This document shows, piece after piece, positions 13,928 through 22,115 of a stretch of 37,531 nt of DNA. The notes beneath the pieces are model-generated. The model worked only from the letters and a program-made list of their open reading frames with translations, was not told where the DNA came from and did not search any database. The stretch comes from a virus. The stretch is from the IMG/VR virus record IMGVR_UViG_3300044534_000100, positions 1 to 37,531 of that record; one strand, 5' to 3'. The position numbers and the translations under genes are program-made. The first letter of the stretch is position 1; every line of letters starts with the position of its first letter.

Positions 13928-14470
13928 TTACCCCTCCTTCGTAACCCAGTTGCCCTTAGCGTTCTTATGCTTAATTTCAATCTGAGCTGGCTTCTCAACG
14001 GCTTTGACACCTTCAATGAGTTCTCCATCGCTATTGATCACATGCCCGTCAACGGCCTTGAGAGAACGTTTGAGCTTGTCCCAATCCAGGGAATACTTCT
14101 GCTTAACGTAGTCAGTGTCCTTGTACTGATCGATTAGCTTGGCCCGATCAGGCTGCATATCGACCTTTGGCTTGCTCATAACGATTCGGCCAAAAGGTGA
14201 GTCTGTGAAGTCCCAATTAGGGTCCTCGCATAGCTGCTCGTCCGCGTACTGGCGAACGATTTGTTTGAAGTTCTCAATGTCCTTGTTGCAGTCATCAATC
14301 TTGGCTTGGTAGAAGTCAAAGGCTTCTTGCATCATCTTCTTGTAGCCTTGGGCTTCCTGTCGTTTCTGTTCCATCTTTTGGAATGCCCATTTGAGACCCT
14401 GATCGTCTTCAATGTGCCAGCGTTCCTTGTGAGGCTGAGATGTTTCCTGTTCAGATACTTGATTAGTCAT
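13928..14470 (-). CDS. Coiled-coil early protein (siphovirus Gp157 / Gam-like?)
   Basis: The call rests only on its position upstream of erf/ssb and its charged helical sequence. Confidence 0.4.
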   Translation of the reverse strand: MTNQVSEQETSQPHKERWHIEDDQGLKWAFQKMEQKRQEAQGYKKMMQEAFDFYQAKIDDCNKDIENFKQIVRQYADEQLCEDPNWDFTDSPFGRIVMSKPKVDMQPDRAKLIDQYKDTDYVKQKYSLDWDKLKRSLKAVDGHVINSDGELIEGVKAVEKPAQIEIKHKNAKGNWVTKEG

Positions 14471-14552
14471 CCTGGTCGCCTTCCTTCATCATCTTCTTAA
14501 CGAGTTCGTCTGGAATGGCCTTATTGATCTTAACGTTCTTTTTCTTTCCCAT
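14463..14552 (-). CDS. Possible 29-aa ORF
   Basis: The ATG follows GGGGTGG. The stop overlaps the next ATG (ATGACTAA). Confidence 0.3.
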   Translation of the reverse strand: MGKKKNVKINKAIPDELVKKMMKEGDQDD

Positions 14553-14725
14553 TATTTCCACCCCATAATCTTGTTGAATAAGTTTGGCAGTGTATCTTGT
14601 GAGCGGTAGTACCGTTCAAGTGTCTCGGTGTCTGACACCGTTGTTCCGTAATCCCCCAGCACGCAAAGCTTGAGTTTCTTTCGCAGTTGGTAGTAGCCTT
14701 CTGCTTTTTTAATTTGTTCGTTCAT
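14552..14725 (-). CDS. Possible 57-aa ORF
   Basis: The ATG at 14725 follows AAGGGGA. A TAATG junction links it to the next ORF. Confidence 0.4.
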   Translation of the reverse strand: MNEQIKKAEGYYQLRKKLKLCVLGDYGTTVSDTETLERYYRSQDTLPNLFNKIMGWK

Positions 14726-14764
14726 GGTGTATAATCCCCTTAGATGATTAATTTGATGTATTGT

Positions 14765-14953
14765 CTACTTTTGGGCGTCAGCAGTACCGGTGCTGGCGTC
14801 TTTTCTTGTACTGTAATCTTCGTCATCGAATCCCATCGGCGTGATGATCACCAGGCATAAGATGAATGCGATAACGAAAGCCATGACTGGCTCGAAGTAG
14901 TACAGGCTGACCACAAGGGCCATGCCTAGGGCTGCGCTAATTAGACTCTTCAT
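14765..14953 (-). CDS. Small membrane protein (62 aa, 2 TM)
   Basis: The ATG at 14953 follows GGAGGGG. Confidence 0.55.
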   Translation of the reverse strand: MKSLISAALGMALVVSLYYFEPVMAFVIAFILCLVIITPMGFDDEDYSTRKDASTGTADAQK

Positions 14954-15080
14954 GTTTGCCCCTCCTTTCTGTGTGCTTGAAAACATGATCGTGGTTAATC
15001 AGGTTAACGATTATCCCGATCAGAAATGCTGCTACGATGATCAGCCAAGGCAGGCCGATCCAGAATGTGAATGTGAACAT
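14937..15080 (-). CDS. Small membrane protein (47 aa, 1 TM)
   Basis: The ATG at 15080 follows GAAAGGAA. Confidence 0.45.
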   Translation of the reverse strand: MFTFTFWIGLPWLIIVAAFLIGIIVNLINHDHVFKHTERRGKHEESN

Positions 15081-15093
15081 AGTCAGTTCCTTT

Positions 15094-15435
15094 CTAGCTT
15101 GGTAATTTTGCATCCCAGTCAATGTCGAACTTGTGCTCGTCCATCCACTGAGACGCTTGATACTCATAGATCCATGTCGTGTCATGATGGCCTGGGCGGC
15201 TTCGAGGATGAACTACCCATCCACCGTTTTTGAAATTCGTCTCCGGGAAGGCATCAAAGATGAAGTGCCTGACCCACGCTGGTGCCTTGCCTCGACAGTA
15301 CTTTTTGCGAAACTCATCTATCTTGATCTGTCTTCCTAGCATCAGCCGTTTGGGAACTAAACCGTATTCCAGGACGGCTTTCTTCGTTTCATCTCTAATT
15401 AAATTGTCTGGAATTGTTAGCTCCATTTGGGTCAT
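15094..15435 (-). CDS. Early protein, function unknown (DUF771-like from memory)
   Basis: ORF of 113 aa in the early operon. It is compactly spaced with its neighbours. Confidence 0.5.
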   Translation of the reverse strand: MTQMELTIPDNLIRDETKKAVLEYGLVPKRLMLGRQIKIDEFRKKYCRGKAPAWVRHFIFDAFPETNFKNGGWVVHPRSRPGHHDTTWIYEYQASQWMDEHKFDIDWDAKLPS

Positions 15436-15471
15436 CTCCTTTCTGCTATACTGAAGTCATCTCCTAATTCC

Positions 15472-15669
15472 TCAATTACGATCATTACTATTCTGTTTTC
15501 CTACAATTTCTAGAAGTTTTTGGCGATAAACTTTAGGATCCATAGGTGTGAACCGCTTACGCAGCCATGCTGTGTCAGCGCCGATTTTATCGAGCTGCTC
15601 TTTGCTACCTCCAATAGCATTGAGCAGTTTTTCTATTTCTTCGGGTTTGCCTTCAAGCGTGACTTTCAT
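15472..15669 (-). CDS. Hypothetical protein (65 aa)
   Basis: GGAGGAATGAT lies upstream of the ATG, which is coupled to the upstream small ORF (ATGA). Confidence 0.55.
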   Translation of the reverse strand: MKVTLEGKPEEIEKLLNAIGGSKEQLDKIGADTAWLRKRFTPMDPKVYRQKLLEIVGKQNSNDRN

Positions 15670-15776
15670 ATCATTCCTCCTTCCCTTTCTCTGGGAATAA
15701 ATGCTTTACCGATGAACACAACAGTTTCACAGTGAAGTATCAGCTTTCCGTCTTTTAATTCGCTTCGCCGTTCCAT
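15666..15776 (-). CDS. Possible 36-aa ORF
   Basis: GGAGG lies 8 nt upstream of the ATG. Confidence 0.35.
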   Translation of the reverse strand: MERRSELKDGKLILHCETVVFIGKAFIPREREGGMI

Positions 15777-15779
15777 GTC

Positions 15780-16529
15780 TCATGCCTCCTGCAGAAACTT
15801 ATTGATAAAGTATTGCTGGCCCTTGCCAGTGACCTTCGTCGTGATCTGGACTGTCGTGTGCCCATCTGAGTGGGTCACGGCAGTCTCTTTCGTCTTGAAC
15901 AAGCCCAGCTCCATTGCGTACTGTGTTGGTACGTTGCGATTGCTGCCACGCTTGCCCAAGTAGCCGTTATCCCGCAGCCAAGCAAACAAACGATTCTGGC
16001 CAGTGTTTACACCGTTCTGGCGAAGCATCTTGGCAAGCTGACCAACGAGGATTGACGAGTTGCTCGTTGCCACTGCGTCAGCGAAGAGTGCCTTAGGCTT
16101 CATCTCGGCAATCTGCACGTCCTTGGCTTTCAACTGATCGGCGGCCTGCTGAAGCAAGTCAGCCAAGCCGTCCGCGTTATGGATGACGTTAAATGCCTTC
16201 TGGTCAGTCATGTAAGCACCATGCTTGCGGATTGCCGGGAGAACTTCGCTGGTGACCCAGTGTTTGAACTCTTTGGCTTGTGGCAGCTTGCTACCGAGAA
16301 TTAATGAGTACAGGCCCGATTCGTTGATCAAAATCGGAGCCGTTCCATTAACGGTGAACGATTCGTTCACCGTCTTATCTTCCTCATCAACATGATCCCG
16401 AATTGCTTTAGGGCCATTGGATTATTGAAGGATGTTGGTTATATCGCGTCCAACGAAATAAGGTTCGTTATTGATCATCACGGTTCGTACTTGCTGGCCG
16501 TGAAAATTGAATAGTTGTGGTTGATTCAT
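15780..16529 (-). pseudogene. Antirepressor (BRO-N + KilA-C type) interrupted by one in-frame TAA at 16422..16424
   Basis: The ATG at 16529 follows GGAGG. The reading is MNQPQLFNFHGQQVRTVMINNEPYFVGRDITNILQ*SNGPKAIRDHVDEEDKTV..., and the stop sits where BRO-N proteins have LGY. The downstream part (15780..16370) could reinitiate at a GTG. Confidence 0.6.
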
Positions 16530-16564
16530 AATTACTACCTCCTAGCATTAGTTAGACGATATGG

Positions 16565-16780
16565 CTAACTTTTATTTAAAAAATAAGTAACTGGCAACTT
16601 CAGAACTTGTGCGGCCTTAATAGCTACATCAGTTGAGAGATTGCGACTTCCGTTCAGCACCTGCCCCAGATAATTAGGCGAAATACCAATCTTGGAAGCC
16701 ACATACTTGACTTTAAGCCCACGCTTTTCGATCTCAAACTTCAACTTTTTGTAAGCATTTTCTTCTAAAACAGTCGTCAC
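16565..16780 (-). CDS. Cro-like XRE-family HTH regulator
   Basis: 71 aa with HTH VKYVASKIGISPNYLGQVLNG. It is divergent from the repressor gene. Confidence 0.75.
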   Translation of the reverse strand: MTTVLEENAYKKLKFEIEKRGLKVKYVASKIGISPNYLGQVLNGSRNLSTDVAIKAAQVLKLPVTYFLNKS

Positions 16781-16823
16781 CTTGCATCACCTCCTTTGCC
16801 ATTTCGTTTAACTTACGTCTATT

Positions 16824-16852
16824 ATAATAGCTCGCCATATTGTCTAAGTCAA
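16824..16852 (-). promoter_or_regulatory. Early lytic promoter TTGACT-17 nt-TATTAT
   Basis: -35 at 16847..16852 and -10 at 16824..16829 (minus strand). TTGTCTA motifs at 16840 and 16870 may be operator half-sites. Confidence 0.5.
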
Positions 16853-16934
16853 TACTTTTTATAAACTTTTTGTCTAGTTTTATTTTCTTTATGTTTAACA
16901 GTTGTATTATTAAAGAAAAAGGAGGCTGTCAAAC

Positions 16935-17267
16935 ATGTCTGAATTTAGCGAGAGATTGCAAAACCTCAGAGAAGAAAATGGCTGGACTAAAACCTATGTT
17001 GCTGGCAGGTTAGGGATAAAGATGCAAACCTACGCCAACTATGAATACGGACGCCGTGAGCCGGACATTGACCTAATTAATCAAATTGCCAAGTTATTCA
17101 ATACGTCTACCGACTATCTTCTAAACGGTAAGGAAAGCAGTGGCAATCCTGTTGACCTTGACGATGCAATTGATAACGCCATGTCATTCGACGGCCGCCC
17201 TGTTACTGAACACGATCGTCAAATGATGAAACAACTCTGGAAAGCGTACATGGACAACAAGGACTAG
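16935..17267 (+). CDS. Short XRE-family phage repressor (ImmR-like; no S24 peptidase domain)
   Basis: HTH WTKTYVAGRLGIKMQTYANYEYGRREP. The RBS is AAAGGAGG. Confidence 0.75.
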   Translation: MSEFSERLQNLREENGWTKTYVAGRLGIKMQTYANYEYGRREPDIDLINQIAKLFNTSTDYLLNGKESSGNPVDLDDAIDNAMSFDGRPVTEHDRQMMKQLWKAYMDNKD

Positions 17268-17665
17268 TGATAGCTATGGCTATTAACGTCGATGAAATTA
17301 TCAAAGAGCTGGACGTGGCTGTCATCGTCGGTGAGTTCGACAAGCCGGGCTACTACATACCAGACTGGAATGCCATCTTCATTAGCCAGGCTCTGGATGA
17401 AACCGAGCACGAGGTCGTCCTGCTCCATGAGCTTGGTCATGCCGCCAAGCAACGTGGCGAGCGGTGTTTGTATCGGGCCACGATGCAGATGAAAATAAAA
17501 ATGGAATATGGCGCTAACCGATTCATGATTAGCTACCTATTCCATAACTACATCTCAGTAACGGGAGATGATCCGTGTTCAGTTAATTACATTGAGTTCA
17601 TGCGTCAGAATGACATTCCAGTGCGTGATGAAAACATTGTTAGGGAGATTATTGCAAGCTACTAA
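17267..17665 (+). CDS. immA: ImmA/IrrE-family Zn-metallopeptidase (anti-repressor protease)
   Basis: HEXXH motif LLHELGHAA. The gene is translationally coupled to the repressor gene. Confidence 0.7.
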   Translation: MIAMAINVDEIIKELDVAVIVGEFDKPGYYIPDWNAIFISQALDETEHEVVLLHELGHAAKQRGERCLYRATMQMKIKMEYGANRFMISYLFHNYISVTGDDPCSVNYIEFMRQNDIPVRDENIVREIIASY

Positions 17666-17676
17666 GGGGTGGTCAA

Positions 17677-17955
17677 ATGTTTAATAATACCTGCTTTGTC
17701 TGTGGTAAGAAGTTTAAGTTGCTTGAGATGAATAACGATGGCACTGTCGAAGGCGACACAGACCTCTTCTGCCCGTACTGCAACAGCGATAACGTTCAGC
17801 CGCTCGGTCAGCATCATAAGAACTTCTCGGTAGGAAAAGCGGCAGCTGGTGCTGTGATTGCTGGTGGAGTCGGAATTGCTGCGGGGCTACTGGGTAAGAA
17901 TACGAAGCAGACCGACTTTATCTGCCTTGACTGTGGGAAACAATTTAAAAGATAA
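17677..17955 (+). CDS. Zn-ribbon / Gly-Ala TM / Zn-ribbon small protein
   Basis: Contains CFVCGK...CPYC, then AAAGAVIAGGVGIAAGLL, then CLDCGK. Confidence 0.6.
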   Translation: MFNNTCFVCGKKFKLLEMNNDGTVEGDTDLFCPYCNSDNVQPLGQHHKNFSVGKAAAGAVIAGGVGIAAGLLGKNTKQTDFICLDCGKQFKR

Positions 17956-17985
17956 AGCCCTCTCCGGAGAAAGGACGTGTGAGTG

Positions 17986-18357
17986 ATGGAAGATGAAAAA
18001 ATGATTAATTCTGTCTATCTAACCCACAGAAACGATATATATCCAATTATGAATTCACACGTTGAAGGTGACGGCGTCCATGTTGATTTGCACATTCAAG
18101 TTATTAATGTCACTCCTGGTATGCGTTATATGTTCAGCTTAAAAGCCTTAGGACCAGAAAAACAATCCATAGCAGAGAACACAAATTGGTTTGAAATGAC
18201 TACGCCACGTGAAGATGGTTATACATTTGGAGAAATTGTGATCCCACTGGATCTTGATAGGACCGATATTGAAAGCTTTGATCGAGTTGTTGTCTCCGTT
18301 ACAATAAAGGAAAGCAAACAATCAGTAGTACTGTTTCTGGGAGGTCAAGACCAATGA
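17986..18357 (+). CDS. Hypothetical soluble protein (123 aa)
   Basis: The ATG at 17986 follows AAAGGA. Confidence 0.6.
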   Translation: MEDEKMINSVYLTHRNDIYPIMNSHVEGDGVHVDLHIQVINVTPGMRYMFSLKALGPEKQSIAENTNWFEMTTPREDGYTFGEIVIPLDLDRTDIESFDRVVVSVTIKESKQSVVLFLGGQDQ

Positions 18358-18431
18358 GCCAATTTGGGTCGAGTAGGGTAATTGAGCACAACTTTGGCCT
18401 CCAGAAAAAGAAAGGTAACGGAGGCGGCAAT

Positions 18432-18722
18432 ATGAACAGAAATAATGATTTTGTAACTCACACTGAACTTGAACTTAGTAATGAAAGGTTGCTGCGGCAC
18501 CTTGATGAGCATTTTAAGCAAATCGATGATCATTTCAAGCAAGTTGATGACCATTTCAATCAGCTAGAAAAGAAAATGGATGCTAATAAGGCTGATACCG
18601 ATTTAAAGTTTGAACAGGTAAATACTAAATTTGAGAAGCAAAAAGTTTGGTTCTATGGAACGGCCATAGGAATAGTCACAGCTACGTGTACTATCGTTGG
18701 ATTTTTAATTCATTATCTTTAA
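18432..18722 (+). CDS. Coiled-coil protein with a C-terminal TM anchor (XhlA-like architecture)
   Basis: The ATG at 18432 follows GGAGG. A heptad repeat DEHFKQIDDHFKQVDDHFNQ is present. The C-terminal TM is VWFYGTAIGIVTATCTIVGFLIHYL. Confidence 0.6.
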   Translation: MNRNNDFVTHTELELSNERLLRHLDEHFKQIDDHFKQVDDHFNQLEKKMDANKADTDLKFEQVNTKFEKQKVWFYGTAIGIVTATCTIVGFLIHYL

Positions 18723-18793
18723 GCTTAAACCCGTCAATTTCGACGGGTTTAAAAATAGCACTCAAAGAACATATGTTTGAAAGGGGATAGCTT

Positions 18794-19951
18794 ATGGCTC
18801 AGATAGTAAAGAAAGGCAATGGTTACATGGTTCGTGTAACTTATCGTGACGCAACCGGAAAGCAGCACAAGAAGTCAAAGGCTGGTTTCAAGACTAAAAC
18901 GCAAGCCAGGGCCTACGGAGCTAAGATGGAGGAACAAAAGTACGGTGGCATAATCTCCACTAAGAATCCCTACTTTGCCGACTACTATGAGGACTGGTAT
19001 ACAGCCTTTAAAAAGAACAAAGTTTCCAAATCTACTCAGAATTTCTACAATTATGTAATCAACGTTGTAAAGAAAAACTTCCCAAGAAAAAAGATTGGCG
19101 ACATATCCCGACACCAGTACCAGCTATTTATTAATTCGTTTGGAGAGGATCATTCAAAGGAGACGGTTAGCAAAGTCAACTCAGGAATTAAAGCGTGTTT
19201 GAAAGAAGCCGTCTTTGAAGGCGTGATCCCTCGTAATTTTGCTGAGAACATCGAACTGGTCTGGAACGAAGAGCTAACTCGTAAGGTCGAGTATCTCAGC
19301 ATCGAAGAGTTGAATACTTTAACCGAGTACGTAAAGAAGAGTCTCCGTCCAGCCTTTCCAGTTAGGTATATGATTCTAACCATCATCTACACCGGTATGC
19401 GCTTATCTGAGATTGCAGGGCTAACGTGGGACGACATTAATTTCAACTTCAAGACCATCTCGATCACTAAGACTTGGAACTATAGGATTAAGAACCCTAC
19501 ACCTGATGAGCACTTTGGGCCTACTAAAACGCCGTCATCAGTTAGAACGATTCATGCCAGTCAAGAACTGCTAGATGCGCTAGCACAGCTCAAAGGCAAC
19601 GACGATAAGATGGTCTTCCTGAATCCAACCTATAAGACAATGGTCGGCTCTTCATCAGTCAATCGAACCTTGCGGCTAATGATGGAGCGCTGCGGCCTGC
19701 ACAAAGAAAATTTCCACTTCTATAGTCTTCGCCACGCTCACGTTGCTTACTTGCTTGCTCATGACGTCCCACTTTATGCCATCAGCAAACGCTTAGGCCA
19801 TGCAAACATGACTATCACAGCAAACACTTATGCCTATCTGATTGATGAGCTGAGAGCTAGATCGGATAAGCAAATCGACGATGCCCTATCACAGCTAGGT
19901 GTCCCGAATGGTGTCCCAACTTCAGAAAAAACCAAGATCAGCAATGATTAA
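18794..19951 (+). CDS. int: Tyrosine integrase
   Basis: 385 aa with catalytic-region motifs MRLSEI...HSLRHAHVAYLL...GHANMTITANTYAY. Confidence 0.9.
   Translation: MAQIVKKGNGYMVRVTYRDATGKQHKKSKAGFKTKTQARAYGAKMEEQKYGGIISTKNPYFADYYEDWYTAFKKNKVSKSTQNFYNYVINVVKKNFPRKKIGDISRHQYQLFINSFGEDHSKETVSKVNSGIKACLKEAVFEGVIPRNFAENIELVWNEELTRKVEYLSIEELNTLTEYVKKSLRPAFPVRYMILTIIYTGMRLSEIAGLTWDDINFNFKTISITKTWNYRIKNPTPDEHFGPTKTPSSVRTIHASQELLDALAQLKGNDDKMVFLNPTYKTMVGSSSVNRTLRLMMERCGLHKENFHFYSLRHAHVAYLLAHDVPLYAISKRLGHANMTITANTYAYLIDELRARSDKQIDDALSQLGVPNGVPTSEKTKISND
19888..19907 (+). repeat. GGTGTCCC x2 (12-bp spacing) in the 3' end of int
   Basis: Copies at 19888 and 19900. The same 8-mer occurs twice again at 20071 and 20082. 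Confidence 0.7.
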
Positions 19952-20070
19952 AATGTCTAGTTAACTCCCCTAAAAGCTACCAAAAATCAGCCAAAACCAG
20001 CCCACATTCTACAACAAGTAATTTTTGCAGGTACCTTTGGCCCCGATATAAAGCCATCTTGGCTGTTTCA

Positions 20071-20089
20071 GGTGTCCCAAAGGTGTCCC
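20071..20089 (+). repeat. GGTGTCCC x2 (11-bp spacing); candidate integrase arm-type sites in the attP region
   Basis: Copies at 20071 and 20082. Confidence 0.6.
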
Positions 20090-20097
20090 AGCTTGAT

Positions 20098-20143
20098 AAA
20101 AAAGACGTATTTCCATTGAATTGGAGATACGTCTTTTATTTTT
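20098..20143. terminator. Bidirectional intrinsic terminator
   Basis: 15-bp stem 20101-20115/20122-20136, flanked by an A-run and a T-run. Confidence 0.7.
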
Positions 20144-20190
20144 ATTGGTGCAGAGATACCCCCCCTTTTTTGAAATTGGGCAACCAACAC

Positions 20191-20222
20191 AAAAAAGCCC
20201 GGCCGGATTGCTCCAGTCGGGC
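20191..20222 (-). terminator. Intrinsic terminator of the moron gene
   Basis: Read on the minus strand: GCCCGA...CCGGGC followed by TTTTTT. Confidence 0.55.
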
Positions 20223-20261
20223 TAGTGTTAATACGAGAGGAGATCTTCACCTCCTCTCTAA

Positions 20262-20879
20262 CTATTTAATTTTCTTTGCTAAATCATTCATCTGGTCAGC
20301 TAAGTAGCCACGAACATAGTCGACGAAAGCATCAAGGCGGAGAGCCGATACATGTTTGTTTTCTTCAAGTGACTTTATCAGTGCTTGCATTTTACCTAGG
20401 AATTCTTCGTTTTTGTCAGTGCCTTCATATAAATACAAGCGGACGAGTTCTACCTGCTCATTCAATTTTTTCAACATATCTTGTGATTCGATCTCGACAG
20501 CCTTTTTCTTACTCAAGAATTCACTAATATTTTCAATAGAGCTTGTTGAGCTAAGGCTTGAATACTCTTTGGCCAGTTCGTCAAGTCTTTCAAAGACTCC
20601 ATTAGCTTGTTGCAGCTCAACAACTAGTTTGGCCACCGTTTTGCGAAGAGAGTCAAACCACTCGACCTGATTAGCATACAACAGGGTTGTTTGTCGTTCC
20701 ATTCGTGCATTCTCCTTTTGTGCTTCAATGCTTTCGCGTGTATTTTTCCGCTGTACATGTGCCATTAGCAAATTAACCAGGATGGTCACTATAGCTGACA
20801 CAAAGCCAGCTATCAGGCCACTACTAATTGCTAGGTTCCACATGCTTGGCGCGTGAACGTGGCTTGCTAAGATGATCAT
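20262..20879 (-). CDS. Membrane-anchored coiled-coil protein (moron between lysin and attP)
   Basis: The ATG at 20879 lies 8 nt after GGAG. An N-terminal TM is followed by a helical domain. The gene is AT-rich and has its own promoter and terminator. Confidence 0.65.
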   Translation of the reverse strand: MIILASHVHAPSMWNLAISSGLIAGFVSAIVTILVNLLMAHVQRKNTRESIEAQKENARMERQTTLLYANQVEWFDSLRKTVAKLVVELQQANGVFERLDELAKEYSSLSSTSSIENISEFLSKKKAVEIESQDMLKKLNEQVELVRLYLYEGTDKNEEFLGKMQALIKSLEENKHVSALRLDAFVDYVRGYLADQMNDLAKKIK

Positions 20880-20909
20880 ATTTTTAGCTCCAATCAATTG
20901 ACTAGAGCC

Positions 20910-20918
20910 ATTATATCA
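20910..20918 (-). promoter_or_regulatory. Perfect extended -10 (TGATATAAT) driving the moron
   Basis: Read on the minus strand. It lies immediately after the endolysin stop. Confidence 0.55.
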
Positions 20919-20933
20919 TGTTGCTACCCTACA

Positions 20934-22115
20934 CTAGACAATCTTGACCGTCAGTTTGGATACAGCCGTCTTAACCTGAGTATCTACATAGGCCTTGAGA
21001 TCAGTCTCGATAGCTTGCTTGTCAGCATCCGATAGCTTAGTAGTAGCGCTCGCTGGCTTAGGATCAGTTGGCTGAGTCGGTTGCTTAGGCTGATCCGGGA
21101 TCAGTTTCTGCTCTGTCATTGCCCCGTTGTCATCAAACAGGTACTGCTTGCCGTCGATAGTCTGTGGCCCGGTCACCATCCAAACATTGTCCGGGTCGAA
21201 GTAGTACTTCTTGCCGTTGATGGTCTGCCAGCCAGACAGACACCAAGCGTTCGTCGGATCCATGTAGTACCAGCGATCGTTGATCTTTTGCCAGCCAGTC
21301 AGAGCGGCACCATAAGCGCCGTTGTGATTGGTGTTGAAGTAGTACCAGTGGTCCTTGATCTTCTGCCAGCCGGCCAGTGTGTTGCCATTAGCGTCGAGAT
21401 AGTACCACTGGCCACCGACCTTACGCCAATCGTTCTTGACCGCGGAACCATTTTCAAAGTATTGCCAATTGTCACCGCTACCTTGCCAACCGTCAGTTGT
21501 CCGATAACCATTCCAAGTAATACCGAGCAAGTCGACGTTCATGTCTTGCTTGCCTCCGTAGTTGCTGTATTGCCAGATTGCAACGCCGTCCATTGATGGG
21601 AAGTAACCGTAATTTGGTGTGATTGATAAACCAGGTTGGTAACCGGCTACCCAAATTGAATTTGGAAATACTGCCAACACCCGCCCAACGTTGACGTTAT
21701 CGTGCATGTATGGCTTGTAAGAATACAGCATTGGAGTGTATCCCGCATTCTTGATTTGTCGCATACCAAAAATAATGTTGTCAGTATTAGCTTCTATATT
21801 GCCAGATGCGCCGTCTTCGTAGTCTAGCGCTACAATAGCCCCTTTCGGTTGTTGCAAACGTGGTAAGAAGTAATTCAACATTTGCTGAGTTTGACTTTGG
21901 TTAGATCCAGTTTGCATCCAGATATACGTGTGGAAACGCCAGCCTCTGCTCTTGGCTTGTTGAGCGTGTGAGCTATAAGTAGCTTGCTCATAAATCCAGC
22001 CGTTAACCGAACCACCAATTTGTGAAATAGCAAAACTATCATGGCCTGTATTGTTATATAGCGATGGCTGATACTTTGAGTAGTCACCACCATAACTAAC
22101 GATTGCTGCTGTCAT
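20934..22115 (-). CDS. Endolysin: GH25 muramidase plus C-terminal GW/YY cell-wall-binding repeats
   Basis: N-terminus GGDYSKYQ...FAISQIGG...ALDYE. The C-terminus has repeated GWQKI.D.WYYF units. Confidence 0.85.
   Translation of the reverse strand: MTAAIVSYGGDYSKYQPSLYNNTGHDSFAISQIGGSVNGWIYEQATYSSHAQQAKSRGWRFHTYIWMQTGSNQSQTQQMLNYFLPRLQQPKGAIVALDYEDGASGNIEANTDNIIFGMRQIKNAGYTPMLYSYKPYMHDNVNVGRVLAVFPNSIWVAGYQPGLSITPNYGYFPSMDGVAIWQYSNYGGKQDMNVDLLGITWNGYRTTDGWQGSGDNWQYFENGSAVKNDWRKVGGQWYYLDANGNTLAGWQKIKDHWYYFNTNHNGAYGAALTGWQKINDRWYYMDPTNAWCLSGWQTINGKKYYFDPDNVWMVTGPQTIDGKQYLFDDNGAMTEQKLIPDQPKQPTQPTDPKPASATTKLSDADKQAIETDLKAYVDTQVKTAVSKLTVKIV

Noticed and set aside
16781-16934. A specific repressor-gene promoter and operator set in the switch region
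   Set aside because: The lytic promoter is clear, but I could not identify a convincing -35/-10 pair for the plus-strand repressor gene. TTGTCTA/CGTCTA repeats are noted, but they are too short to call as operators without comparative data.
21081-21596. 171-aa plus-strand ORF antisense to the endolysin. Similar cases are 23464..23970, 33466..33882, 34941..35321, 11005..11382 and 3904..4245.
   Set aside because: These are shadow ORFs fully inside strongly supported minus-strand genes. They have no RBS and low-complexity or odd composition.
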